Below are positions 50,731 to 63,069 of a stretch of 64,000 nucleotides of DNA, one piece after another; within the stretch, counting starts at the first letter, position 1, and each line of letters begins with the position of its first letter. Location: assembly GCF_963921235.1 (NCBI RefSeq), contig NC_086104.1:68138001-68202000 (forward strand), read 5' to 3'. The stretch comes from Mobula hypostoma (taxonomy: Eukaryota). A model generated the notes under the pieces. That model worked only from the letters and a program-made list of their open reading frames with translations. It was not told the DNA's origin and searched no databases. The translations under genes were made by a program, and so were the position numbers.

Positions 50731-51305
50731 GAAACATAGAAAATAGGTGCAGGAGTAGGCCATTCGGCCCTTCGAGCCTGCACCGCCATTTATTATGATC
50801 ATGGCTGATCATCCAACTCAGAACCCAGCCTTCCCTCCATACCCCCTGACCCCTGTAGCCACAAGGGCCATATCTAACTTCCTTTTAAACATAGCTAATG
50901 AACTGGCCTCAACAGTTTGCTGTGGCAGAGAATTCCACAGATTCACCACTCTCTGTGTGAAGAAGTTTTTCCTAATCTCGGTCCTAAAAGGCTTCCCCTC
51001 TATCCTCAAACTGTGACCCCTCGTTCTGGACCTCCCCAACATCGGGAACAATCTTCCTGCATCTAGCCTGTCCAATCCCTTTAGGATCTTATACGTTTCA
51101 ATCAGATCCCCCCTCAATCTTCTAAATTCCAACGAGTACAAGCCCAGTTCATCCAGTCTTTCTTCATATGAAAGACCTGCCATCCCAGGAATCAATCTGG
51201 TGAACCTTCTTTGTACTCCCTCTATGGCAAAGATGTCTTTCCTCAGATTAGGGGACCAAAACTGCACACAATACTCCAGGTGTGGTCTCACCAAGGCCTT
51301 GTACT
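50731..51305 (-). mobile_element. Young CR1 3' fragment inserted in a V-SINE-like element (~50660-51495)
   Basis: ORF 50818-51294 is nearly identical to the C-terminus of ORF 23420-24394; TTTCTATG tail; ATTTA duplicated at the flanks. Confidence 0.93.
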
Positions 51306-52368
51306 ATTTAACCTGAAGGCAATCGTGGGACAATTAACCCACCTGGTATGTCTTTGGACTGGGAGGAAACAGGAGCACCTGGAGAAAGCCCACGCATGCC
51401 AGGGGGAAGACATACAAACTCCTTACAGAGGACATCATGACTGGACTCTGACCCCCCAAGTTGTAATAGTGGTGTGCTAACCGCTTCACTGCAGTAGTGC
51501 CCAAAATGTGGACAATGAATCAGAGATTCCCATATTGACTTTTCACAGCTACCACTGGGCAGGAGGTGCAGAAACCTGAAGACCACACCACCAGGTGCAA
51601 TCATTCAGTTCTTGACCCAACGAGCAAAACACTAATCACCACGGTTCAGCAGCACTAGAACTGCTGACTACCTTAAGCTAAAATACTTATTTTGTTCTAA
51701 TGTTTCTATTAAAAAAATTCTTTATAATAAATGCCATGTGTCTATGATGCTGTTGCAATTAAGTTTTTTGACTGCACCTGTGCATATAACAATAAACTTG
51801 ATTTTCGATTTGCTTTTTTAAAATCAATGAGAAAGGACCTCAGTAACATCCTGATCCACACAATTAACTTCTACGTCCTCTCCCTTCTCCACTCAATAAG
51901 TGCTCTTTTACCTCACAACACAGATTAAACAATTATGCACAATGAAGTCTTTCAATATACTGTGCACTGGGTGATCATCTCTCCACTGGAGAGACCAAAT
52001 GCCTCCCGGCAGTATGCAAATATTATTATTTCCATTTTACTTCATTTGATTTTTCCTTCCCACACCATTCTTATGAAACCCACGCAGGCTCAATGAGTAG
52101 CACCTCATCAGTGAGGCACATTGCACCATCTGATCTCACATAATTTATTCACTTCAGTTAAGAATTCTGTTGATCCCATTGACACGCTCACTAAATGTTC
52201 TTTACTCATTTAAATTCACTGTTACCAATTTTTGTACTTTTAACTCATTAAACGGCCTCTAAACATATGTTACTAGACCTCAATTATGCATCTTCAACAT
52301 TTAATTCCACAATTCACTTTCAGTTTTATGCTTTAATGTCAACACGTAAGATATTACACAGAAATTAC

Positions 52369-52504
52369 CCTCAATCTTTTCATGCAGAAGGTTCTCGGGG
52401 AGATTGGATGCAAACACAGAGAGTTTACTGAGGCTCAAGAGAGTTTTCTTCTTTGCAAAGTATCGTGTCTCCGTATTAGCAAGATTCAGTAATGTTTGAT
52501 GAGC
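52369..52504 (-). CDS. NUP133: NUP133 exon
   Basis: [45 protein letters not shown]; 136 nt. Confidence 0.93.
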
Positions 52505-52740
52505 CTGTAGTAATTGAAAATCAAATTGAAAAGCAGGCACAAATACATGTCTATCCAATAATTTGGTATTATCCCTTCCCAATTCCCCTTTAGTCTCACT
52601 AACATAGTACAAGCATTGTGGTTAAAAAGAAAACAAATCCAGTTTACTCCCAGCAATTCAGTGGTTGTGTTTGAAAGCAGCCATGGGATTTTTACTGAAA
52701 TGGCTTGGAGTACAAAAGCACTGTGAAAAAGAAAAACCAG

Positions 52741-53002
52741 ACACGAGGAAATCTGCAGATGCTGGAATTTCAAGCAACACACATAAAAGTTGCTGGTGAA
52801 TGCGGCAGGCCAGGCAGCATCTCTAGGAAGAGGTACAGTCGACGTTTTGGGCCGAGACCCTTCGTCAGGACAAACTGAAAGAAGAGCTAGTAAGAGATTT
52901 TCAGTTAGTCCTGACGAAGGGTCTTGGCCCGAAACGTCGACTGTACCTCTTCCTAGAGATGCTGCCTGGCCTGCCGCATTCACCGGCAACTTTATGTGTG
53001 TT
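52741..53002. mobile_element. Penelope-derived inverted double-hammerhead insertion, 14-bp TSD
   Basis: TSD AAAAGAAAAACCAG at 52727-52740 and 53003-53016; inverted arms 52776-52880 and 52898-53002. Confidence 0.88.
52907..52942 (+). ncRNA. Minimal type I hammerhead ribozyme motif (intact core)
   Basis: AGTC CTGACGA A GGG TCTTGG CCC GAAA CG TC GACT. Confidence 0.72.
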
Positions 53003-53345
53003 AAAAGAAAAACCAGTTCATGTTTTGAAAGCAAACCCCAATTTCTGCCTGCCTCCATGCTCTGCAAGTGATTAGGACATAATCCTGTGGGTCAATGCCC
53101 CACAAAGCCCATAACAATGCTCTCCTGGTGAAAGAGCCAGGTGTTAAATGCTGACCTCACCAACAAAATCACGTTCACAAAAAACAATGTCAGGTTCCAG
53201 ATGAAGAGCTGTAACTAAGTTCAGACCCTGTTTTCTCACCCAAGGCTTGTCTGTCTTTTTGAAAGATTTTATTTGATTTGAATTGTGTAATTGAACAAAA
53301 GGGTAATTTTCAGAATCAGAGCTTTATTGCACAAAATACAATTAC

Positions 53346-53504
53346 CTTTTCAAAGTTCTGGATGTTGATTTCATGGAGCCAACTGAGATGCTCATGTGAC
53401 TGTAGGAAATTAGCCAGCTGTGCATGCTGGGCCACAGGTGGTGACAGCAGTTTTCCTCGTTTCCCCTTTTCCATGTACCAGCGAAACAGGAAGTCGGAAA
53501 AGTT
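53346..53504 (-). CDS. NUP133: NUP133 exon
   Basis: [53 protein letters not shown]; 159 nt. Confidence 0.95.
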
Positions 53505-54121
53505 CTATTCGATTAAAAGACTTTAATTAGCCATTCCTTTTGTGTTCTTGAAAATAAAAGTATGAAATACCTTTGCACCAAAAAATAAAACTAAGAATAT
53601 ACGTGTAAAATCTCGTTTACAAATGGCAGTTCAGTTGGTAGTACCCTCACCTTGAAGGCCATAGGTTCAAGACTACCTACATTCTCAATACGTAATCCAG
53701 ACTAAAACTTAAAACCTGTAACGTTGGGTGCTAGTCCTTCAGAAAGATACTTAAATCAAGAATTTGTGCATCCTCCCAATAGAATTAAAATATTATTTTA
53801 TTTATCTTTTTGAGATACACCTTGGAATAGGACGAGAACAATGCAAAAAGAGAGTGCTTTTAATAATCAGTATCATTATTTTTGCTTGTAGTTTGTGGGA
53901 TCTTAATGTATGAAAATCAGCTGCCATTTTCCTGCAATGCAGCAAGAATTGTCGAGAGGATTTTGTTGGCTAGAATTTACTCCGGGTCTCTTGAAGTCAT
54001 GAAGGTCCCATAAAAATACTACTTACTTAATTACAAGGTGACCAGTCCTTAAAAAAATGTACAACTTAAAGCAAGAGATGTATGGGATTGAATTCCATAG
54101 AAATACTTAGAAATATCTCAC

Positions 54122-54255
54122 CTGATCTGCAAACTGGTTCAGGTAGCGCTGTAGCCTGGCCTGGTTATCAGTTTGTTCACACAGTTGAATCAGGATGTCA
54201 AAGTCACAATATTTCTCTGCCAGTGAAGCAGTCAGCTGGTGTTGCCCAAGTGAAA
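54122..54255 (-). CDS. NUP133: NUP133 exon
   Basis: [44 protein letters not shown]; 134 nt. Confidence 0.95.
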
Positions 54256-54789
54256 CTAGAAGCATAAACAATGCCAGTCATTTATCATTCACAATCTTCC
54301 ATCCCCACATGGTATTTCAAAAGTACCAAAACTCCTTTTACCACAGGCAACCACATAGGTTTGGGAGATGCAATTTAGGAGAAAACAGTGGCTTGCGAAA
54401 CACAGAGGAATCGGCCTTTGGTTTGTAGGACTACAGGACGTGGCTTCCTTCCTTACCCGAGGATGAAATATTGAGCACAAGAAAAACATATAAGTAGTTG
54501 AGGAAGTGTTTTCAAAACAATTATAAAATTCTGGAAATAACAGATCAACATATGATATTGCTGAAAAATTGTGGAAGTGACCTGTTGAGTTTCTTAAAAA
54601 TACAAGTAGTAATTCATGTTTATCCTTTTCTCTCCAAGGAGAAACTATGATTTTTTCAGGATAATAAAATAATCATTACAAGTAGTTGAAGCGCAATTAC
54701 CTAAGAGCTGAAGAGAGTGGAGGAGCATTGCTGAGATTTATTCTGTAAACCGACAGAAAAAAATGAAAAAAACGGATCGTCGTACATAC

Positions 54790-55041
54790 GCAATTGTGAT
54801 AGAAGATGTGACCGTTTTTGGGTGTATTCCATGTCCAGTTTATTGTATCTTTCCTGTTGAGTAGGTCTGTCCACTGACTTGAGTTGACAGACATAGCCAT
54901 CCAGATAGAAATCAAGCAGTGCCACGACTTGCTCCAGAAGGGTATTACGTATGGTGCTGTCAACTTGTGGGTACACCTTATTCAGGATAATATCAGTCTG
55001 CCTTACAATCACATTCCTCACACCAGATGGACCACTGGATG
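54790..55041 (-). CDS. NUP133: NUP133 exon
   Basis: SSGPSGVRNVIVRQTDIILNKVYPQVDS...EQVVALLDFYLDGYVCQLKSVD...YTQKRSHLLSQL; 252 nt. Confidence 0.95.
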
Positions 55042-57094
55042 CTTTAAACAATAAAACATCAAAATTAGATGAAAAGATAATATGTATTTCGATTATAAAA
55101 TAGCTGCTGAACTTCATGGTCCTGTGTGAAGATAATTTATACCCCAACCCTATGACCAGATAATTCTTTGGGAAACCTAATCAAGCCACATACCTACTCT
55201 TTTACATAACTCTGCAAATTTCTCCCCATCAGTTTCTTTTACAAAGTTGTCATTACCAGAACACAATTCATCTGAGTTAATTATTTCACCTCATCTCCAA
55301 CGAAAGCAGACTAATAATCCTCTTTCCCACCCCAGTATTTTCCATCAACCAATTTATCATTCTGAACAATGACCATCATCCTCAAACTCAAAGTCAAGAA
55401 CTTGATGCTTATTTCTAGAGCAAATGGAGAGAGGTCAATGACAACTTAAGGCTCCCATTACACAAGATGAACTGGGAAGTAGCTCTGTTATTCTTCCTGC
55501 AACAGTGATCATTGAAATGGAACGGAGGTAAAAACAGCAAAGCACTTAAGAGGCGTTCTTGAATAAATAACTTCACAAATATACAAATCCACTAAAAATG
55601 CAGTCACGTCTCTGGTGCTGTTTATGAACAAAGCACACTAGTATCACAACAATGCTTGGGAAAAGACATTATGAACATCAACTTCCCAGCTAGCTTCAGT
55701 TCAGTTCTAATTTAGAATCCAACTTTAACAATTTAACATTAAAATATGAGCTGGGATCTTCATCATCAATTGTAATAACAGAATACATCAGACCAACACA
55801 GACTGGGTAACCAGCTTGCAGATTGTCTGCAGGGGTGAGTTCACTGCTGCCTGCCACTTTAGTTCTTCATGCATCTCCTGTCTGTTTCTGATCTGCAGTG
55901 TTAGACCAAGACCCAAAGCAATTTGAGGAACAACATCTTAATTTCCATCTGGACATGTTGCAGCCTTCAGGGCTCAAATCTGAATTATTCAACTTGATAC
56001 ATCGTCTTCTGTAATGTATGCAGGTCCGTCCATTTGTGATTCAAGTTCAGTTCTCTCTCAATTTGCATAGACTGATCTATTGGGTATATACCCTTTGTGT
56101 TTCCACTCCAACTGATTTCATAACCTATACAATCAGAGTCTTCCCATAAATTGGTGGTACACTCAGCTGCAGCAGCTTCTACAGGGTCAAACAAAGGTGG
56201 TGGTGTCTTTTTTAAATGTACTTTATACAATCGCAAGACCCAAGAACTTTAAAGTACTGCAGGTCTACCCCATCAGCAATTGCTCATCGGCGGAGAACCT
56301 GAAGCAGCTGCATTTGGTGCAGATCATGCTGCTGCTTCTGTCAGAGCATTCGGTGTGCAAAGGTGGTATGCAGTTGAACAGTGAGTGATCCGTCTGAGTC
56401 GCTTTTCTTTAATCACAAGACCCTGATGGAGATCGCCAATGTGGAATGCAGCAAGTCCGATTCACCGAATGACTGGCAGACGGCAGCAGAGCTGCGTGGC
56501 CTTGGCCGTGGCGAGGACGAGACCTCACACCATGCTGTTGCCCAGGAGAGAGGCACCGGAATCAGTGCACTCCACTGCAGGTGGTGTGGCGTGGCGCCTG
56601 AGCTCGAGTAGGTATCACCTCCTCAGTACTTACTTGGCAGAAGACAAGCTGTATTGTGTTCGAATGCAGACTGCTGCAACCTTCATGGACTCAAGGTGTT
56701 GGACTTTTTTCCTGTGTGACTGTATTTTACTGATATCTCAGCTTTCGAGCTTATATGTGCCTTGTGCTGTGTGTGACTGTTGGTACAATGACAATTAATC
56801 TTGAACTTTCACTCTAAATGCTCATCATTATTCAACTGACCTGGTAGCCTTGTTTATCCCCAAACCAGACTTGATTGCCTCTTAACAGTAACATCAGCTT
56901 GTCCTATCTATCCTTGAACAACTTGATTTCTCTTTCCCAGTTCTGATGAACTTCTCAGCAGATGCTACCTGACTTTTTGAGCGTTTCCACCATTTTCTGC
57001 TTTGATATTTAAACAAGAGATGTTCCAAAACCCATGAGATCGCTGAGTAAATCCAAACCTTGCTTAATTATTTCAAGAATGCAACCCAACTCAC

Positions 57095-57194
57095 CTGTCC
57101 AAGGAATGTACTCAGGCTCCTGTTCAGCATCTTCTTCTGACTTATAAAATGAACATTTGTTGTGTCGATGGTGGACAGCTGCATGCAACATATC
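57095..57194 (-). CDS. NUP133: NUP133 exon
   Basis: DMLHAAVHHRHNKCSFYKSEEDAEQEPEYIPWT; 100 nt. Confidence 0.93.
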
Positions 57195-58778
57195 CTGCAT
57201 ATCAAAGTTACAATGTTATCTCAAGGCTTGATATCTCCCACAGAAGACAGCTGGAATTTGCAAATTATGCATAGTTTTCCATTTTATTCATCAGCAATGT
57301 TCCTATTTATCTATGATAATCTAAGCATTGGAAGAATATGATCTTTTCTAAGACACTGCACATGACAGTAAGAGGCAAGTGGAGTACGTGCAAAGTTCAG
57401 CCCTTCGATTTATGCCTTGGGCTATTTGTTATGTAGGGCATTGAAATTCTCAGCATCATGATACATTGTGCGTGGAATGCACTGCCTGAGTCAGTGGTGG
57501 AGGCAGATACATTAGTGAGGATTAAGAGACTACTGGACAGGTATATGGAGGAATTTAAGTTGGGGGCTTATATGGGAGGCAGGGTTTGAGGGTCGGCACA
57601 ACATTGTGGGCCGAAGGGCCTGTACTGTGCTGTACTATTCTATGTTCTATGTTCAAATAACAACCTGTCACAGCGTGGATTTCCAGGTGAGAAGCAGTAG
57701 AAAAAATTCTAGCACACAACTCACAAAAGAGACGGAAGATTTGGAAATCTGGAGCAACATACACAAAATGTTCTGGTCTGAGAGCTCTCTTTTTTTCCAG
57801 TCCTAATGGAGGATCGTGACAAGTCATTTGACCTCCATAGACACTGCCTGACCTGTTGAGTTCTGCTAACATTTTGAGTCTGCTGCTACACGTATTAAAT
57901 AGCTTGTTAGGACAAATGATTTCCTCTTTTCTGCTTTTAGATTATTTAAAATTAGTCCAGCTGAATATTCTGAGCTAAAAATGGGATAAGTGTACAGGCT
58001 GCAAGCCATTCAGTAACTTCACAGCTAATGCTCTGATGTGTTATGGACAAAATCAAAAACATAGGTTGTCCTGCAGGCTAACAAAAGAAGAAAGGATCAG
58101 GGCAAACTGATCAGCAAATGTGAAAATAATGTCTAGAATTGGACAGCAAAAGAATCCAAAGTGAATGATCGAAGTTCTTACTTCCCAGTATTTATTTGAT
58201 TAAGGAGGTTAAGGATTCAAAAGTAGCAGCTTTAATTGATCTCTTCTCTGCAACGACACAAAATGCACTGGCTTGAAATAAGCAGGGTGTAGAGTTGTAT
58301 CCTCTTCCCCGCTCTGTCCCAGAGTGAAAATACACTGGATGTACTGGTCCTAATGTGCAGGCTTACAGATAATCTAAAACAGTTCAGTTCAGCCAAGGAG
58401 AGTGGAGCACAAGAACAATAGGGAAAGAATTCAAACAAAATGTTATTATGGCTCGTCTGCTTGACAAGACAGTTTCCAGCACACAGCTTATCTGCTCGAG
58501 TAGCACGAGTCACAACAATCATGGCAAGCCACTGCATCCGTGGAGATTAAAAAGCCCAATAATACCTGAGCAACCCAATATACATCAAATTTCCAGCTCT
58601 ACAACGTATTCTCAAGTCAATTCTGAGACAATAATATAATGTTCCTAAAATTCAATTCTTCCCTCATAACCTTGTTTCAAATTGCATTAGAAAACTTCAT
58701 ATTCTCCCTGGTTTCTCAACAGAAAACTGGACGTATGAACTTTTCAGTTAAAAAATGCAAATTGTAAGAAGTCAATAC

Positions 58779-58901
58779 CTTTAGGATATTATTAACGTTT
58801 ATAGCTGTTTGTGCCCACTCTTGTGATAATGGGGTATTTTCCTCCAAAATGTTTTGTTCCTCCTCCAACAAGCAGTCAAAAGCTGTATCGATCTGGGAGA
58901 C
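58779..58901 (-). CDS. NUP133: NUP133 exon
   Basis: VSQIDTAFDCLLEEEQNILEENTPLSQEWAQTAINVNNILK; 123 nt. Confidence 0.93.
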
Positions 58902-60090
58902 CTATGCAAGAAAGATACATTACTGTGATTACATTAAGATGGAGGGCCCCCTAATAACACATACCTTATAAACTGAATTCTATTTGGTTAAACGGCCTGC
59001 TTTTTAAAATCAGACTACAGCACAGAAATGTTTTTATCTTTTATTGTTGAGATGATGAGCTGTTCTTTAAGTGTAAGCTTAGAGTCTAATTCCAAAAACT
59101 CTGACAACCTGGCTCTGCAGATTTCTCATGAGTGTGAAGTGGAACGTTTACACTGAACCTGATCCACCATTCATTAACATCAGGCTAGAAATGATCTTAA
59201 TCTTATTCCCACATTCTTGCCCGTTCCCATCAATGCTCGACCCTCAAGTCCAAAGTCCCGTCCATGTCAGCACTGTGTATTCAGTGACATGGCCTTCTCA
59301 AGCTCTCAGAATTCCAAAGATTAACGATTCTCAGAAGTTCATCTGTCTCAAATGGGTGACCACTTAGTTTGTAACCATGACCACTTCTTTTAGACTTGGC
59401 CACAGTGGAAAACAGCAGCTACCCTACCAAGCCCACTCAGAATTTTATGTTTCAATAAAATCATATTTCATTCTTACCGTCAGTGAATACACAGGCCCTT
59501 CCTACTAATTCCTTCTTTCACCCAATAAATCTACTTAGTGAACCTTATCTGAACTGCCTCCAATTAATCCTTTAGGAGCCCAAAATTCAGGAGTTTTATC
59601 AACACTGTACATTGCATCTCAGAGGTACTGAAAAAATAGAGGATAACAGCTTAAGGGTTAGAGAATTTAAAGTGATTTGGAGGAAGATTCTTAATCAGAG
59701 GATGATTGGAGTCAGCAACACCTTGCATCAGAAATGGTGTTGGCAGAGACTCTCTAAAGTATTGAAGTCGTAATGAGATGAGATCTTGAGTAAGAGAGTA
59801 GAGAAGGCTACAGACCAAGTGAAGGAAATGGGATTAGAATGCATAGGTGCTTAATGGCAGGTATGGATAAATTGAGCTGACAGCCTATTTCTGTGTTGTG
59901 TGTTTTAACTCCAGTTGTAGCAACACTTGCCTTTTACATTATATTCTCCTTGAACTCCTCAGGCTTTCCACAGAATACTGGGAATAAAATGTACACAAAC
60001 TCAAAACTAAATTTTGTGCTTTTCTCACAGACAGCAGTAATTGTTCCATGGGTGCATTTCTCATTCACAAAAAGAACATGAAATTCGTAC

Positions 60091-60315
60091 CTCTCTGAAG
60101 AAAACATCTGCTGGAGTCAAGTTCTGTGGAACACTCTTTTTGTGTTTACTCAAAGCAGAATTAATCGCTGCATTTACAATGTCAGGAAGTTTAGTGTGGC
60201 TGTTTTTTAGAACAATAGCCGCAGAGAGCTTCTCAGCATGCTCACAGAGCAAAAGGCGGGTTGCCATCAGAAATCCTCGCACCATGATAGTCTCAAGCCG
60301 ATTTAGTAACTCCAT
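60091..60315 (-). CDS. NUP133: NUP133 exon
   Basis: MELLNRL...[21 protein letters not shown]...[11 protein letters not shown]; 225 nt. Confidence 0.95.
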
Positions 60316-60826
60316 CTGGAAGGAAAATTCCAGAGGAATCATAAGAACGTGAAAGGATTCCAGCTCTCACTCATTCCTTCAAATCAAAGTTTCACTGGGG
60401 AGGTGGGATTGTGGTGGGGAGAGCCAATGAAAAGTACAGGGCAAATTAGTGTGGCAGTTGGTTCATGGCCTCATGTCACTGATGCAAACATATGAACTTG
60501 AATCCCCTTTCCTGGAAGCGAGCAGACTCCACTGTCCAGAGCTGGATTTTAGATTTCTGACATTAAATCTCAGTTGCCATTAATTAATGTGAATTCAAGA
60601 CAGCAGCTGCACCATTCTGAGAAGAGGCAAGATTCTTCGTGTGAATTGTGAGCTGCCAGTAAAATTAAACATTTAGTCATTTATCCTGCTCTGTATGGGA
60701 CTCTGCTGTACACAATATTAGCTTCATTATACTACTTAAAACAATATTTAATGCTATGAAATGATTTGGGATACACTGGGGACCTGAAAGGCACTGTACA
60801 AAACTAAACTCTAAACAACAACTTAC

Positions 60827-60921
60827 ATCCCGAAGAAATTCCATCAAACAGTAATGGGCCTTCATTTTATCTTCCAGCTGATGAAGCAGTAACAAGGAGG
60901 TGTTGCTAAATCTACTTTCAT
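60827..60921 (-). CDS. NUP133: NUP133 exon
   Basis: ESRFSNTSLLLLHQLEDKMKAHYCLMEFLRD; 95 nt. Confidence 0.93.
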
Positions 60922-61661
60922 CTGTGAAGAGATAATGTTCACACATCTCACTGGAGTGGAACTGGTCAAACAAATTACATTCCCTCAAATATGTACTGCT
61001 TGTAGCAAATAAAGAGCCATCTTATAATGTGCAGGGTAGCATTTTTCATCAGGTATTCTCTTCCCTGGACATGGGGTAAAAGAAAGTAGCAGGAGATTCT
61101 CCAGCAGAAATCAGGCAAACATCATTCCTCTTCCAAACTGTATCACTCTCATAGACACCTGCTAAAATCTCTCAAGCAATGCCAAGTCCACTGAAAGACA
61201 AGCAAAACTTGCAACAAGCATGGAAGCCACAGGTATTACAGAGATGTAGTTTGTGCTCAGCCACTTTAAGGAGAAAATGTAAAAGTTATTTGCATTATTT
61301 AAAAAGACTAATGGAGTTTCTTGGCCCTGTACCTTGAGAAAAGTGAAAGCTGTCCAAATTCTTTGGAAGAAAGAATGCATTCTGCATGGCTAGATCGTAG
61401 AAGTCATGAAGATTTAGGAATTAACATGCATTCAAACTTCACTATATTCTCAAAGAAATCGAAGTAGCACTGTGATTAGCCATCTTCATTTGATGATAGC
61501 AGTGTCAAGGCATCAATCAAAGAGCATGAAAGAAAGACTAAGCTACTTTAGAGGAAACAATGGCAGGCTCAGCTGATTATTCTGCATCAAATCCCTAATA
61601 AAAATATTCATTTTTATTTAACATATGTAGAATCTTCCAAAAATGTCACACCGAGCCTTAC

Positions 61662-61825
61662 CATTTGGTACCGATTCAGCCCAGCGGGGATCACATGCTG
61701 GGTAGTCGTTGATTAGATCGAGACTGATTTGTGCCACAGCACTGTCCAGTTCGGAGTCGGACCCCATATCAACATTGTCTGGGAAGATTTCCTCCAACAT
61801 TGTCTGGGCACCAACAATATCCTTT
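61662..61825 (-). CDS. NUP133: NUP133 exon (most 5' exon found in the window)
   Basis: [15 protein letters not shown]...[32 protein letters not shown]; 164 nt. Confidence 0.95.
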
Positions 61826-63069
61826 CTGAAAGTTTAAATTATTGAAACATAACTCAGACTGTACCCAGCAACAAAATAAAGCATCTCATGGCTTTGATTA
61901 ACTTGTTATTTAAAATATTTTAAAAGCCTTCTAATTTATAAACCTGTTCTAGTGTTTTCAATTTCCCTCCAAGACAGAAATCAACAATATGGCTCACTGT
62001 TTCATTGGAAAACATAGAAACTGAAGCAGATTTCCAGTCAAGATGGCACCCGTGTACAATGCTCCTTCAGTTGATAACTTCTGGATAGATCATGAAACCA
62101 CAAATTTCACTTCTTTTACGCTTGTTTTTTGTCTTAAACATAATTCTGGAACTGTTGGAGCCTGTGATTTGCAGTTTGGAGATGGTTTAGGTGTTTCAGC
62201 GCTCTGCAGTCTCTAAGAGAATTCCAGGAGGCAGAGGCAACGTGCAAGAGCCTCATGGCGAGAAGGCTACAGGACGGGACATGAACCGATGTTTGACACC
62301 ATTTTGCTAATTAAAGTGAAAGGGGAGATTGAAATGACGAGGCAAATGCAGAAGGTGAGCACCAATAACTACAATTGAACGCTGGCGAGATTGCTCTGGT
62401 ACGGAGGGGGGAGACTGCCTTTTGATCACTCATGGGGTTGCTCTGCTGCTGGAGAGGGGAAGGCCTACAACTGTGCCCGGAGAATGTTACCCAGGTTTTC
62501 TGTATTTTGGACATGGACTTGGACGATAGACTTTTTCTTCCCCCAGTCTTACAGTTTTTTATATTCAGTATATTTTGGCCGATCTTTCTTGTTTTGGGGG
62601 TCGACATGCCTATTCCATTTTTTGTGAGGAGGAGGAGGGACTTGTGCTGCCGTACTTTTCTTTCTCGGTTTCATGGTTATTTGGAGAAGAATTTCAGAGT
62701 TGTATATTTTGATAATATATGAACCTTTGAACTTTGAGACCATCAATTCTGTTTTCCCATTCATAACATTCCTGGTTATTTTTGTCTCAAGTTCCTCAGT
62801 GCACATAACTGACAAAAATCCATCAGGCAAACTTAAAAGCTCCTTTTCTTCTGCAGCATCCACTGGAGCAGGGAAAGTATGAGGAATTGCAGCAGATGGA
62901 AGTGTTTCACATTCGCACTATATACTGTGAAAAGAGTTTTCCTGACCATACTCATAACTGGTCTTGTTTCTGGATTTTCCATTTTAAGGAAATACTTTTG
63001 TCCCATAGCTGACCTAGTCAGAATTACATAAAACACTATAACCTGGCTCCAAACCTAGACAACTTGGAA

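Noticed and set aside
52486-53071. 193-aa and 93-aa ORFs sharing a peptide on both strands
   Set aside because: A consequence of the inverted repeat at 52776-53002.
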